From Trypanosoma brucei (lineage: Eukaryota): a DNA stretch of 64,000 nt. The notes beneath the pieces are model-generated. The model was not told the DNA's origin and made no database searches. It saw only the letters and a program-made list of their open reading frames with translations. Below are positions 25,823 to 37,976 of the stretch, piece by piece. The DNA lies in NCBI GenBank assembly GCA_000002445.1, contig CH464491.1:4544001-4608000 (forward strand). The letters are read 5' to 3'. Position 1 is the first letter of the stretch; every line of letters begins with the position of its first letter. A program made the translations under genes and the position numbers.

Positions 25823-27256
25823 TCATAGAAGCAAAAATGCAAACAAAAGGGGTGCCTTATGAATGACAAAACAATTGTTTCCTGTGATGATTGTGGTTTT
25901 TCCAACTTTTTCAGCATGACTTTCTGCTTCTTTCGCTGCTTGTTTACCCTTGTCACTCAATACGCATTGCGGTTCTTCTTTTTTTGTCTCGTCATATTTG
26001 CAGTTTTTGTCAGCTTTGCAGGTATCGGCATCTTTTTTTTCGTTGCAAATTTGTTCCCGGGTTTTTGATTTCTTCTTGGTAGTTTCTTGTAACTCCGTCA
26101 GCTGCTTTTGAAGTTTTTCTAGTTGCTGGTCTTTTAGAGCTTCATAATACCCCGTAACCCGTGTTAATTCTTGGAAGCTGTTGATGCTACCTAGTTTTCT
26201 GTCCGAAGCCTCTGGTAAAGCTTCTTTTGCGACCTCTAATTTTTCCACTACATGCCACAACGCTTGGTTAATTTTGCTGCCTGCGTCGCCAAATTCCTGG
26301 GTTTTGAGTTCTGCGCCTTCGCTGTCTTTTTTTTCTTGTGATGCTGCTGCGCGGCTCGCTAGGGTCGACAGTGTTGCAAGTTGTTCCGTACTTTTGTTGC
26401 CCGCGGCTGCACCCGCTTTGCCTTCGATCGCGTTTAGTGTTTGCAGTGCCGTTTTTTCCGTGAAAAGAGCAAGGTGGGTTGCCTCTTGTGCCGTAGAAGG
26501 GTCAAAGGCCTTGGTTTTTAGCCCGTCCTTTTTTAAACCCACTAGGCCGTCCAGGAAATCGATCGTCCTTGTATTGACATGGCCGCTGTGAAAAAGACAG
26601 TCACTTTGCGTGCTTGTTAGTGCACAGGTCTGGTGGTTGGTCGATGTTAGCGCTGTTCCGCTGCGTGGTGCCAGTCTTACGTTTGCTGCTGTTGGCTTCT
26701 TCGCTGGGTTGTGTGGTCGGTCTGCTTTGTAGCGTTCCGTGCACGCCGCATTTAGCTGTGACTTTGTTTTTGCTGTTGACGATGTAGCGTCGCCTGTCCG
26801 AGTGCACGCGCCGTTGGCGCCTGCTGCGCCCGCCTCCGCTCCGATTAGAAGATCCATTACCGCGTCTACACCAGCTGCGACGTAATTTGTTGCTGCCGTG
26901 TACCCCAGAGCCGTTTGACAGTTGTTGACTGTGTCCGTAAATTCCGCTATGCAGTAGTCTATGTACGCGTTGGCCAGGGTCCTCAGCTTGGTTCGTTGTG
27001 TTGCAGTAGACAGTGTTTCGGCATATATCTTGAGTCTTAGTGCCTGGTTGATTCCTACTGAAGCCGCCGCGTCAAGTTCTGATATTAGATGTTTAGCGTA
27101 ACCTTCTGATTTTTTTAGCTCGTCTGATACAGCACACAAAGGATTAAAATCTTCTTCGTGTATGCCCTGACCTGCCGCTGCCTCCGCTTTCTGTATCGCT
27201 GCTCCTGCCACGAGAGAAGCCGCCACAGTTAAGAATATTTGAAGTAAAGAACGCAT
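25823..27256 (-). CDS. VSG: VSG, apparently intact (477 aa)
   Basis: A single ORF with signal peptide MRSLLQIFLTVAASLVAGAAIQKAEA, an N-domain, a Cys-rich C-domain (...CNEKKDADTCKADKNCKYDETKKEEPQCVL...) and a GPI signal TTIITGNNCFVIHKAPLLFAFLLL*. Confidence 0.85.
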   Translation of the reverse strand: MRSLLQIFLTVAASLVAGAAIQKAEAAAGQGIHEEDFNPLCAVSDELKKSEGYAKHLISELDAAASVGINQALRLKIYAETLSTATQRTKLRTLANAYIDYCIAEFTDTVNNCQTALGYTAATNYVAAGVDAVMDLLIGAEAGAAGANGACTRTGDATSSTAKTKSQLNAACTERYKADRPHNPAKKPTAANVRLAPRSGTALTSTNHQTCALTSTQSDCLFHSGHVNTRTIDFLDGLVGLKKDGLKTKAFDPSTAQEATHLALFTEKTALQTLNAIEGKAGAAAGNKSTEQLATLSTLASRAAASQEKKDSEGAELKTQEFGDAGSKINQALWHVVEKLEVAKEALPEASDRKLGSINSFQELTRVTGYYEALKDQQLEKLQKQLTELQETTKKKSKTREQICNEKKDADTCKADKNCKYDETKKEEPQCVLSDKGKQAAKEAESHAEKVGKTTIITGNNCFVIHKAPLLFAFLLL

Positions 27257-28604
27257 CAGTCGCTATTTGCTAGCTTGGTGTGAGTTAGCAAAAAGAGAAA
27301 AGACTGTAGTGATATCTTCGACTGTAGCTGCGCTCCTTTTAAGTATTAACGGATCCAAAAGCCACGGTTGTATGTTTATCACAAATAACATTTATATGAA
27401 GCTTTATGGTCGCCGTGTTACAGACAGAGTCGCTCGAAAAGTGTCGTTTGCAAAGCATAAAAATTTTATGAAACCAACTTTCAAGAAGATGTAAATGTTA
27501 TTTTTCAAGAGCACTGCCACATTATTTTAAATCCGTAACGGTCTGTATCTATTGTATATATACTCCTCCTCCACACGTCCAGTCCTTCACTCCTTTAAAA
27601 ACAGCGTACATTTCTATACCTAAAAGTACAAACTTCATGACTTGTCGGTGATGCTGCTTGGTGGTAATTATATATTACATACGGGTGAAACAACCCGGTA
27701 CAGCTGCTGTTTCTCGCTGGTGCGGTTAGTTTTCCGTTTCTTCTATTTATTATGGCTGACTTGTGGTCTTGATTCAGCTTCCTTTCATGCTGCGACATTT
27801 TAATACCCTACTTTAAATGAGGTTGACTCTTGATCTTTAGATGTGGCATTCGATCACTGAATAGTGTTAACTTCTCCTCTGTACAACAGTATGGAATTAG
27901 TGGAGTTTTGCTTTCAATTCTTTTAACTTCATCAAAATTCTCACTAAGTTTATGTTAGCGAGACTTTAGATTTATTTTACTTCTTTATTCTTTTGCATCC
28001 TCGGTCATTCAATAATAATCATTGTTTTAAATTCTCCTCCCAATAATATAATATTGTTCACCACCAAGTGTTGGTCATTATTATTATATCCTAGAAAAAG
28101 AAGAACTTGGTGTTGCATCAATTTAATAAATCCATCCCTCCCACTTCTACTGTATCTGCTTATATATTTTGTGGTTTTTCACAGCTGAATATTAGGATTC
28201 ACTATCATATTGAAAAATGCAAACTAATATTTCCACTGTAAAAACTATTTTACAGTGAGCTATAGAGAATCATCTTCTTATCATGATGTATTTTTTTGTT
28301 CTTTTGCTATCATGTACTCTTTTTTTATTATTTATTTTCTTTTTTTGTTTTCATATACTGCTTTACTTCCTGCAGCTACATCAGCGATGATATGTGTCCT
28401 GTGCACTGGACTCTGCCTTTCCGTGATTGCTTTCCCCACCTTTTTGTGTATATTTATGACAGTCTTAGTATTTGTATAAAAAACTACGCATATTACATAT
28501 CTTCTCCCCATATCTTACTTCATTTAACATCCCAATTCACTCACTTATTCCCATTAAGCTTCGTCAATTTTTTAACTACCTTTATTTGAGTTATGCCTTT
28601 ACTT

Positions 28605-28675
28605 TCCACTGCTCTTATTATAATATAAGTATATACTCACAACACATTCAACGTTTCATATTAGATTAGAATATT
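28605..28675 (-). repeat. 70-bp-type repeat, minus orientation
   Basis: ctgctcttattataatataagtatatactcacaacacattcaacg. Confidence 0.65.
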
Positions 28676-28699
28676 AAATATGATATTAAAAAACTTATA

Positions 28700-29480
28700 C
28701 TGTTGTTACTAAATTTAGAGTGTTTATGCTCAATATCTATTCATGAGGACACAAAGGGAAATATAACAGAAAATGAGCCTACGAATCCCAAAGTGTTTCT
28801 GGTTGCAGTTCAAACTCATGCAACTCAAGGATGGTGTAAGACCATATTGAATGCTAAACTAAGCCATGTTGAAATTATTACAATTACAATGGGGGGTTTG
28901 TATAGCCATGTTACGAGACCGACATGAGTTATGGAATTTTTAGAAAGTCAGAATGCAAGTGATGAGGATATTGTTATTCATTTGTATGTATTTGATGTTA
29001 TTGTTAGTGACGGAGAGAATTTTGGGACTACTGTGGAACACTTTTTAAAAAAGACTGCAGAAAATGAAGAGAAGTTTAGTAAAGAGGATATAGTAAAAGA
29101 TCATGTGAAGAGATGCTATTGGGTTCTTTAAAGTCGGTTAAAGGAAAGAAGAGAATAAAGAGTTACCTCATTTACTAAAGCCATCCCCTAGTAGAAAACC
29201 TTATCTTAGTGGTGGTGAATTAATTGCAAGAGTCTGGGAATTTTAGGAATTTGAATATGCATTTGAAGACTTATTGAAAGGGAATGAAGAATTTTTGTCA
29301 GAACAGAGCATCCACAAACCTTTACCAATATGGAGTGCGATTAAAGAAGAAGCTGTTGGACAAAGATTTTTTTGAAGAGAGGAATGATGGAACTAGATGA
29401 TGAGGAGATATTCTCTTATATTCCTAGTAGTTGTTGAGTTGGAAAGGCTACATTTATTTATTTTCCTTAAAAAACCGAAT
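28700..29480 (+). pseudogene. ORF X copy B (plus orientation), degenerate. It is homologous to 21150-21950 in reverse complement.
   Basis: Frames give ...NPKVFLVAVQTHATQGWCKTILNAKLSHVEIITITMGGLYSHV..., MEFLESQNASDEDIVIHLYVFDVIVSDGENFGTTVEHFLKKTAENEEKFSKEDIVKDHVKRCYW, and ...YLSGGELIARVWEF*EFEYAFEDLLKGNEEFLSEQSIHKPLPIWSAIKEEAVGQRFF.... These are interrupted by stops. Confidence 0.6.
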
Positions 29481-29851
29481 TTTTGGATAGAAAAAGCGAA
29501 ATTTATTGTGAAAAAACTTACTTGTTATGATGAATTGTGGAGGAGACAATTTAGTACAAGAGAGATCGGCATAATTAAAAGTTACGCTGCTGATAGAAGA
29601 AAATGTGTTTTTAAATACACTCAAGGTTGTGGTTATGCGTCTTAATATGATGACTTATTTAAGGCTATAAAGTTTGAAAGAGAACAAGAGGGGAATTCAT
29701 CCCAACTCAGAAATAAAAGACAACGGTGTTAAATACAAACCAAAATGCCAACAGGCTAACACCAATGAGGTACCAAACATTTTCCATAACATGAACACCA
29801 TCGACTACAGCTCTAAATAAAATTCAACTGAAGTAAACAAAAAAAGACGGT

Positions 29852-31403
29852 ATGCAGCTGGAAGCTAAAGCGAAAGCACTTGTAACTGAACTGCGAGGAG
29901 TACTTTCAGTGGCGCCAGCTAGCGCCGTCGTGGCAGCAGGTGAAAATTCCGACGTTTTTTTCAGCCTCTGCAGCCTGATAAGAATAGCGAAACAAACCAT
30001 CAAGGTGCGGCAACACACGAGAGCGAAACTGTGGCTTACACCAAAATGCAGCAACTAAACAGAAGCCTAAGTCCGGCAAGCTGGGGGGGGAGCAAACTTT
30101 GCAAAGAAAGGATCAGACAACAAACGCCCGGACTACGACGAAGATACCGTGACCGTGAAAGAAATCAGGAAGCGCCGCTGGCCTCACTGGAAAGATGCAG
30201 AAGACAAATTAGAACCGAACGACGCGGAAGCTAACAAGCTCAAATCGGCGGGCCTAATAAAGGGATCTGACGAAAGCAAAGAAAGACTGCGCGTCGCGAT
30301 CCAGCCTCTACTAGAAGAGGCTGACAGTATAGTCCACAAGCTGGAGAACCCTACACCCGACCTGGAGATAATAAAACCAGATTCGATCAAAAAGATACTA
30401 ACTGACGCCGCCTTCGGCAGCGGCATAACAGACGCTGAAAAACTTGCAGACAATGTAATCGCGGGTACAACGGCAAACTCAGCAAACAGAGACGACCTTT
30501 GCGGCAAAGCAGCTGCGTCGGCAACAGCTAACACCGCAGCGGCGTTTATGTACTGCATTTGCGCAGCGGAGGGGAGCGAGAACTCAGGAAACCTGAAAAT
30601 CTGCCACAGTCAACAAGCCGACACAGGGATTCGAAAAACAACAATGACTGACAGCGCAACCTGGCTAAAGGCGTTGATAAAACAATGTCCAGAAGGCAGC
30701 CAGGAGGAGCTGGAGCCAGAAAGCCTAGAAGCAGCGGTTAACCAACTGCAGACAAAACTCAAACCAGGGGCTAGCGGTTTGTACTACGGCAAATTCGCGG
30801 CCAACGGATGCACGGGGGAATCCAACAGCGGTGCCTGTGTTTTCAACAAGGACTCAGCGGCCGGGGACATAGGTAAGATAAAGGAATCAGCGTGGATTAC
30901 GCAAATGAAACTAGCAGCAAAACAACTAAGAGCCAACGACAACGCAATACGCAACCGACAGGTCCTCACAGCACGTCTTGAGGAATTGCGCAGACAGGCC
31001 TTCCGCACGCAGGCGCAGCTTACGCTGACAGAAAAAAAAAAGTCAGCAGCAAGGTCGTTTAAAAGCAAGTGGTGCAGACACAAAAACAACATAAACCATC
31101 AAAAACCAATGCGAGGCGATAGAAAAAGCAACACTTTGCAAAGAAAAGGAAGAATGCAAATGGGAAGGCGGTGAAGCGTCTGAGGGAAAACACTGCAAAC
31201 TGAAAGAAAAAAAAGTGGAAAGAGAAACCCAAGCAGGAACAGAAGACAAGAAGGAGGAGAAATGCAAGGGGAAAGGACTGAAAGAGGGCGGAAAAGCTAC
31301 TGCTTGCAAATGGGAGGGTGAAACTTGCAAAGATTCCAGTTTCCCCGTCAATAAGAGATTGCCTCTGATTGTTTCCGCTTTTATAGGTTTGGTAGAATTT
31401 TAG
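29852..31403 (+). pseudogene. VSG: VSG pseudogene with in-frame stops and a frameshift before the C-domain
   Basis: The ORFs are 29852..30058, 30149..31174 (N-domain) and 31215..31403. The last ends ...[49 protein letters not shown]. Confidence 0.85.
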
Positions 31404-31559
31404 AATTCTAAGGATATGTGCTCAATTTCACTCAATTTCTTAAAATTATGAAATTAAAGTAAAATATGTATAATAGTGGTATATGGGTGCAAAGTAATAG
31501 AGTAATAGTGTATGAAAAATAAGTGCTGTTCTAACTTGGTTATTTTTTTTATTTAATGA

Positions 31560-31628
31560 ATGCTGGTTAGGAATATAATTATTATCACTATTATTATTAT
31601 TATGATAATTATGATGATGATGATGATG

Positions 31629-31692
<64 letters not shown>

Positions 31693-31810
31693 GAGGAGAG
31701 TGTTGTGAGTGTGTATATACGAATATTATAATAAGAGCAGTAATGATAATAATAATGATAATTATAGATGAATGTTATGGGTGTGTATCTAGTAATGTTA
31801 TAATACTTTC
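31560..31810 (+). repeat. 70-bp-type repeats, 2-3 copies, with an expanded (TAA)n tract
   Basis: ...gatgatgatgataataataataataataataataataataataataataataataataataagaggagagtgttgtgagtgtgtatatacgaatattataataagagcagtaatgataataataatgataatt... Confidence 0.85.
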
Positions 31811-33644
31811 ACAAAAGTGGGGAAGACTAAATGCACGCTAGAAATATGAGCAGTTCAAGGACGGTGATTGTGATTTTCGAGAAAATAATGTAAGGTGAAC
31901 GAAAAAGATAAATATTATTACAGGAAACGGTAAAAAAAAGATGAAAAAAGGCAATATGCAGAATTTGAAGCATAAACATAACGATAGATATAAAGCTATA
32001 CGAGGCGGTGGTGCAGGCACAATCATGGAGAAACAGAGTCCAGTGTGCAAAGAAAATATATGTTGCTAATTCATCGACAGCCAAAACATATGATAAAAAT
32101 GGAAAAGAAAATATAGAGTAAGAAAACGGAATGCAAGAATGAAGAGCACAGTGGAAAATAATATATCAGGTTGAGGAGCTAATGACACCCTGAATTCTAC
32201 TACAAAATGATTAGATTCTAACGCAGAAATGATGGTAGCAACTGTTTTTAAGTCTTATAGCGGATCCTAATACAAAGATATGAGTGGTAACAAGAATAAT
32301 TGAGAAATTTAGTCAGGGTTGTGTAATATCAAAGTCCTTTTCGAATTAATTATAGTAATGGTAAAAATTGTTGCACACAAGATAATGTCATCTGGAGGAA
32401 GATTTTAACGTACGAACTAGTAATGGATTACCGTTAAAGGCAGAGGAGGAAATAAAAACGTAGAAACTGCTAAAAACGGTGTATATATGTTGTGTTTGAT
32501 GGGCATTATAAGTAGTAGAATGTTTATTCTGATACTTCTCCAATTATGTATTAGTATTCTTCGCAGGAATTCATTCCTTTCGAAGGGTGAGTAATTCATA
32601 TAAACATTGTTGGTAAGCCGCAACTTAAACCTTAAATCAATAAAATGGCAAAAGAAAGGTACTTTCTGGACCCAACTTATCCATTATAAAATGCTTTTGA
32701 CACAAATTACTATCAGATGATCCCAAACAAAACGCAAGATCAATTTTGTTCTGTAGAGAAAAAAGAATTACTTTGTTATTTAAAGTGAAAACAGGACGAG
32801 AAAATTGGCATATGATAGAAGCCATTAAGAACCATAAATCATATATCTTGATTTTTTTCATACAAGTATAGTAAGGTATAGTTTAGAATGAAATGTGGAG
32901 ATTCTTATGCTTAAACTGAGTGTTTTTTAAACATTCTCCAACTAAACACGGCACTTGAAACGCAGTTAAAAATTTGTAGACTTAAACTGACAGCGAAACA
33001 AATAGCACTTGGAAACTATAATATAAAGGACTAGATCAGAATTTAAAGAAACTTATAATATGAGAGAATCGGATAGAAATTTTCACAACCGCATTTGACT
33101 TTAGATGGCAGTCAAATGTAACAAACAGAGAACTATCCGCACAGGAGAACTCCCAGTGGCAACATGTACACGAAGCTGAAAAAAGGAAAATAAAACCCGT
33201 GGAAAGATTTGACTGTATACTCCCTAAAAACTCTACTAACGTTGCGGTATGCGCTTCAAAAGGCCGACGAGGCCAAGAATAATTCAGCTCCTCGCGTATT
33301 CAGCGAACACCGCAATAAGAAAAATAAACGTCTGAAAGCAGCACATGTAGCACCATTTTGCTACACAAGGCGACTGGAACCAGTGGCAATTCAAGCAAAA
33401 ACAAACGGTCAGCAATACTGATCAACGCCGCACTGCAAATCGAAGCGGAAGTAAGCTCAAAATATTGTTTTCATAGGATATTGTAACAACTCAAGTCGGG
33501 GCCCAGGACCGGTTTATTGGAACAGGTGATATATATTTTGGAAATAATGCTTCAAACCTCCGTTATGCGATGAAATGAACTAGTTGACAAATGTGTCACA
33601 CCAGCGCTTTTAACCTTCTTTTCTTACGACGACAGAAGTTAAAA

Positions 33645-35192
33645 ATGTCGATCCAACAAGGGGCCGCAGCACTAGTGGCCCTGATAATGCTAGCAACAGA
33701 CAGAGTCAAGGCCGTCGCAGACGAAAGTGAGGCGGCACACCGTGCCATGTGCGCCTTGACCGAAGCAGCATCAGCGACCTTCACGACACCGGCCGGCTCG
33801 CCCGAAGCTGAGGGACTAAGTGACAAGATACAAGCAGCAAACATGTCCGTAGCTGATGCGCGATGGCAGGCTTTTTTTGACTCCGAGGCAGGGTCAAAAC
33901 CGTACGATGAGACAACCGGCGACAACAGGACGCTAGCAGACAAGCTTGGCGGTAAAGAAAAATGGGACGGCTGGCGCAAAGCTTTTGCCAACATCAAGGT
34001 GCTCAACATAGGCACGAAACCGCAAGGAGAATACCCAAAGATCAATAGTGAGGTCGACCGAAAACTTGCAAGGCAGCAATTACGGGCGGTTGCTGCACAA
34101 GCAACCCAGCTTGAGAGGACAATGAAGCCACTAAAAGCTTTCTTATCAGACGACAAAAGCAACAAAATAAACGAAAATCTGAGGAAAGCACTTTACGGTG
34201 GCGATGGTGAACTAAGCACACCAACTCTGGGAAAAAGCTTCGGAGCCAACGGCGAAAGCTGGGCCGGGCTTTGTGCGACCAAAGCTAACCGCAAGTCGAT
34301 AGCAGGAGATTTTTTTTGCATATGCACAGGAGCGGACGCAACCACAAAACAATGCAGCGGCGCATACAGCAACACTGCGCACGACAGCCAACCCAGCATA
34401 AATACAGGCTGGACAGCACTACAGCAGTCTTGCGGAAAGAGGGAACAATCAAAGGCAACTGCCGGCACCATCTACGCGGCCGTGGCGCAATGGTGAGCAG
34501 CGCTCAAGCAGAAGGCCAGCGGCTCAGACAACAGCGTCTGGCTCGGCAAATCAAGCAGCACCGGCACAGCATGCGCAGGGACGGACACGAACACGTGTAT
34601 AGACTACAGCGACTTTTTCAAAAAAAGCGCCGGAGCTGACCTAGCGACATTACCATGGCTTTCAGCTCTCTCAGACGCAGCGGCAGCTAAAACAAGCAGA
34701 AGAAGCTGCCGCTGCCGTTAAGTCACTTCAGGCGCAAATTCAGGCGCTGCAGGGAGCAAGTGTTGAAATATATTCAGCAGCAGCATCCGGCGTACTCGCC
34801 AAAGAAATGCCAATAGCCATACCCACAGCCCCACCTACACAGCAGCGGCTGCAACCGCAAACACAGAAAAAACAAGCAGAGCTTACAGAGAAAGAATGAA
34901 ATTCAGAAAAAGACGCAGAAGAATGCAAAACAAAAACTGGATGTATTTACGACAAAGCAAACAAAAAGTGCACATTGGGGAGGAAGGAAAACAAGCGGCA
35001 GCAAAAGAAGCAGTGAGGAAAGGAGAAGGTAAAAAGGTAAAAGGTGCTCTGACCGCACGAAAAAAGACTGTAAGGCCGCAAATTCGGAACCAGCTCCAGG
35101 AGAAAAACAAAAATACGATTAAATTGACAACACATGCAAAGACTCCAGTTTCATTGAAAATAAGAAATTTTCTTTGCTTGTTGATTTTGTGA
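33645..35192 (+). pseudogene. VSG: VSG pseudogene with multiple frameshifts in the C-terminal half
   Basis: ORF 33591..34496 contains the signal peptide MSIQQGAAALVALIMLATDRVKA and an N-domain. The distal frames read ...KDAEECKTKTGCIYDKANKKCTL... and ...CKDSSFIENKKFSLLVDFV*. Confidence 0.8.
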
Positions 35193-35429
35193 GTTTCATA
35201 GCATTTTAAAGATCTTGAGAATTCTACAATTTTAAAGATTTTTTATTTTAAGAGATTTTGAATTATCTTAACACTTTTGCAAAAGCTTTACAAAACGTGC
35301 AAGTTAGTAGAATTGAGAATTTGAAAAATATAAAAATTCAGTATGATAGTGGCTATAGACGTAGAGCAGTAGGGTGATAGGTTATGGATACGGTCGATAT
35401 TTTTATCTGGTTTATTTTGTTTATTCTAT

Positions 35430-35545
35430 GGCTATTAGTTAGGGATATAATGATTATAATTATCATAATGATAATAATAGGAAAGTGTTGCGGCCGCGTG
35501 TATATACTAATATTACAATGAAAATTGTGGTAAAAAGTAAATGAG
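35430..35545 (+). repeat. 70-bp-type repeat
   Basis: gataatgattataattatcataatgataataataggaaagtgttgcggccgcgtgtatatactaatattacaatg. Confidence 0.75.
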
Positions 35546-37976
35546 TGATGAATATAAAATATTTTAAACAATAGAAGAGTTGAAATGGACGTAAGTGAGT
35601 AAAAGAGATAACACGATTAATGTTATTAGAGAAAACACGGAAATACAGAAAGAGAGATGGTATATTGAACAGAAGCAGTTGCGAACAAAAACTGAGGCTA
35701 GTCATAATCATACACAACGAGATGACGAATGGAAAAATAAGGGAGAGACAAAGTTCAGTGACCAGGTTAACTTCTGGCGCTATGTTATGTGCAAAGTATC
35801 GGAAGTTACGGGAAAGGTAGAAAAAAATATATACACCGAAATATCTGGATATATGACACTACATTTCAGAGATTTCACTACCTAAAAATGTATTATTTTC
35901 TTGAAGATGAGCCAGTAACTAGAAGTAAGGAGAAAGAAAATCCAGCACCCAAGCAATAATTCACTGATCGCAGCCAACAGTGCAGAAACTAGCAAAAACA
36001 GCACCGAAGTTTGAAAGACTGGCAGTAAACGGAAATACGCACTGAAGTATAAACGTTGAGAACAAAAAAAGGTGGCATTGCTTCAAAAGTAGTCAAGACA
36101 CACTGACACTTAGTATCCCTTTACACTCGAGGTAATTGTCAAGATTATTGGAAAGAATTAAGTTTTTTGTTATTTTTCTAGAACAAAGACAGGTAGAGAC
36201 GTGGAAAGTGCATCCCAAATGACGGAAGCAGTAAACTGAAAACAAGATGACTTAGTAGAGGTTGATTGAATCTACCTTAGCTTATAGAAACCACAGTAGC
36301 CTACCTGTTTCATACAAGGCTCTTGTTCCCCTAAAGCTTTCGGTCTCGCTATGTTTAGAAGGAGTCAAAATATAGCACACAAATATAAAAATAAATATCT
36401 CAAATGGAAGAAAAAGCAGTACTTAAGTTACAAAGGCAAGTATTCTCAAGGAAACTAGTAGCAGCGACTCTTCTTCAATGTTCATAATGTCCATACGAAA
36501 AAAAAGATGAAACACATATAGTATGGACCTGAATTGGCTGTACAGTTAGAAGGTGTGACTACAAAGGAAATTAAAAATGATCGGTGCGATCAACCGGCAA
36601 GCCTCAAAAAAAAAACATATTTCACTCAAAACTTGATAGATACAGAAACGGATATAATGGTGACAATCATGTTTTTAATCCGTTTGGAGTTTCTAATATA
36701 AAGTTATAGATACCCAGAAATGTATTGGATAATTGTGAGGTGTTATAAAAATTTCTTATCGTATTTATTAATAATGGAAAACATTGTTGGAAAAAACATA
36801 ATATTATCGGAAGGAGAACTATACAAATAGAATTGCTAATGGATGACAGTGGACAGGAAAAATAAAGCTAAGAAAATGATTAACACAGGATGTTTATGGA
36901 GGGATGATTTATGAATTAGATGGAATTAACAGCAACATTCCTGTAATTTCGTATTGATATACTGGACACGCATTAGGATATTTCAAGGAACAAGCAATCT
37001 ATATAAAAGTAGTCAATGTTGAGCAAATGACGGTTGTTATTAACAAGTCAATCCAATAAACAAAAGCTCCCAAAGCACAAATGTCCAGTTATTAAGAGAA
37101 AGAGGAACATCCACGCCTAGGATTTCAAACATAAGAAAAAAGCTAACCTTTTTTTGTAAAAATAAGCAATGTTACATTGTTATTCCACAAGCGGCACCTG
37201 GAGTCAATAATGCAGTAAATAAAACAAGCGAACGCCATTGAGGTTAAAAATTTAAGATATAGGGGCTTTTTAGATTATTTGCAAAAACATAAGGGTTTAG
37301 TGACAGAGGGATAAATTAAAAATTCGATACGCCTGCAGCGGAAGTGGACAAGATTAGTGTAAATGACTCTAAGTGAGATACAAAGAAACATGGCAGAAAC
37401 TGCCAGCACCAACGTTTAAGAGCACACATTTTCCGTCCGATTCACAGGTTCATATCCGCATTTGAACTTGAGTGTCAAAAAGCTCACAACAGCAACGGAG
37501 TCCCATAATTAAACAGCAGAGCAACAACAGCCTGGAGTACCTGCGCAGTTTCGATCAAAAGTTTCGGCGTGCGCGAACCAAAATGGCATCGAAAACACAA
37601 GTTTTCAAAGCGCTATCATCGATCAACACAAAAGAACAACCAAAATGGAGATTCACAACGGCTTATTCAGAGGCGCTATCCAAAGCCCTGACCACTTCCC
37701 GTCGCTGGCAAATGCGGCAATAACTGGCTGAGAACCAGCAGTTAAAGGGAAGGAAATGCAATATGAAAAGGGAGCTATCCACGATCCATGTCATCGCCAA
37801 CAAACATTTTTCTTTGAACCACAAAACCACACAAGACACCGGTGATGCCATCAGCAAGAGGCAGACCAGACCTACAGACCAAATAGCTGTCTCCCTAACC
37901 ACACAAAAAACCAAGGTGGATACTCTTAACTTACAAAAATTCACTTTAGGAAAGCGAAACACAGCAAGTTGTAGAG

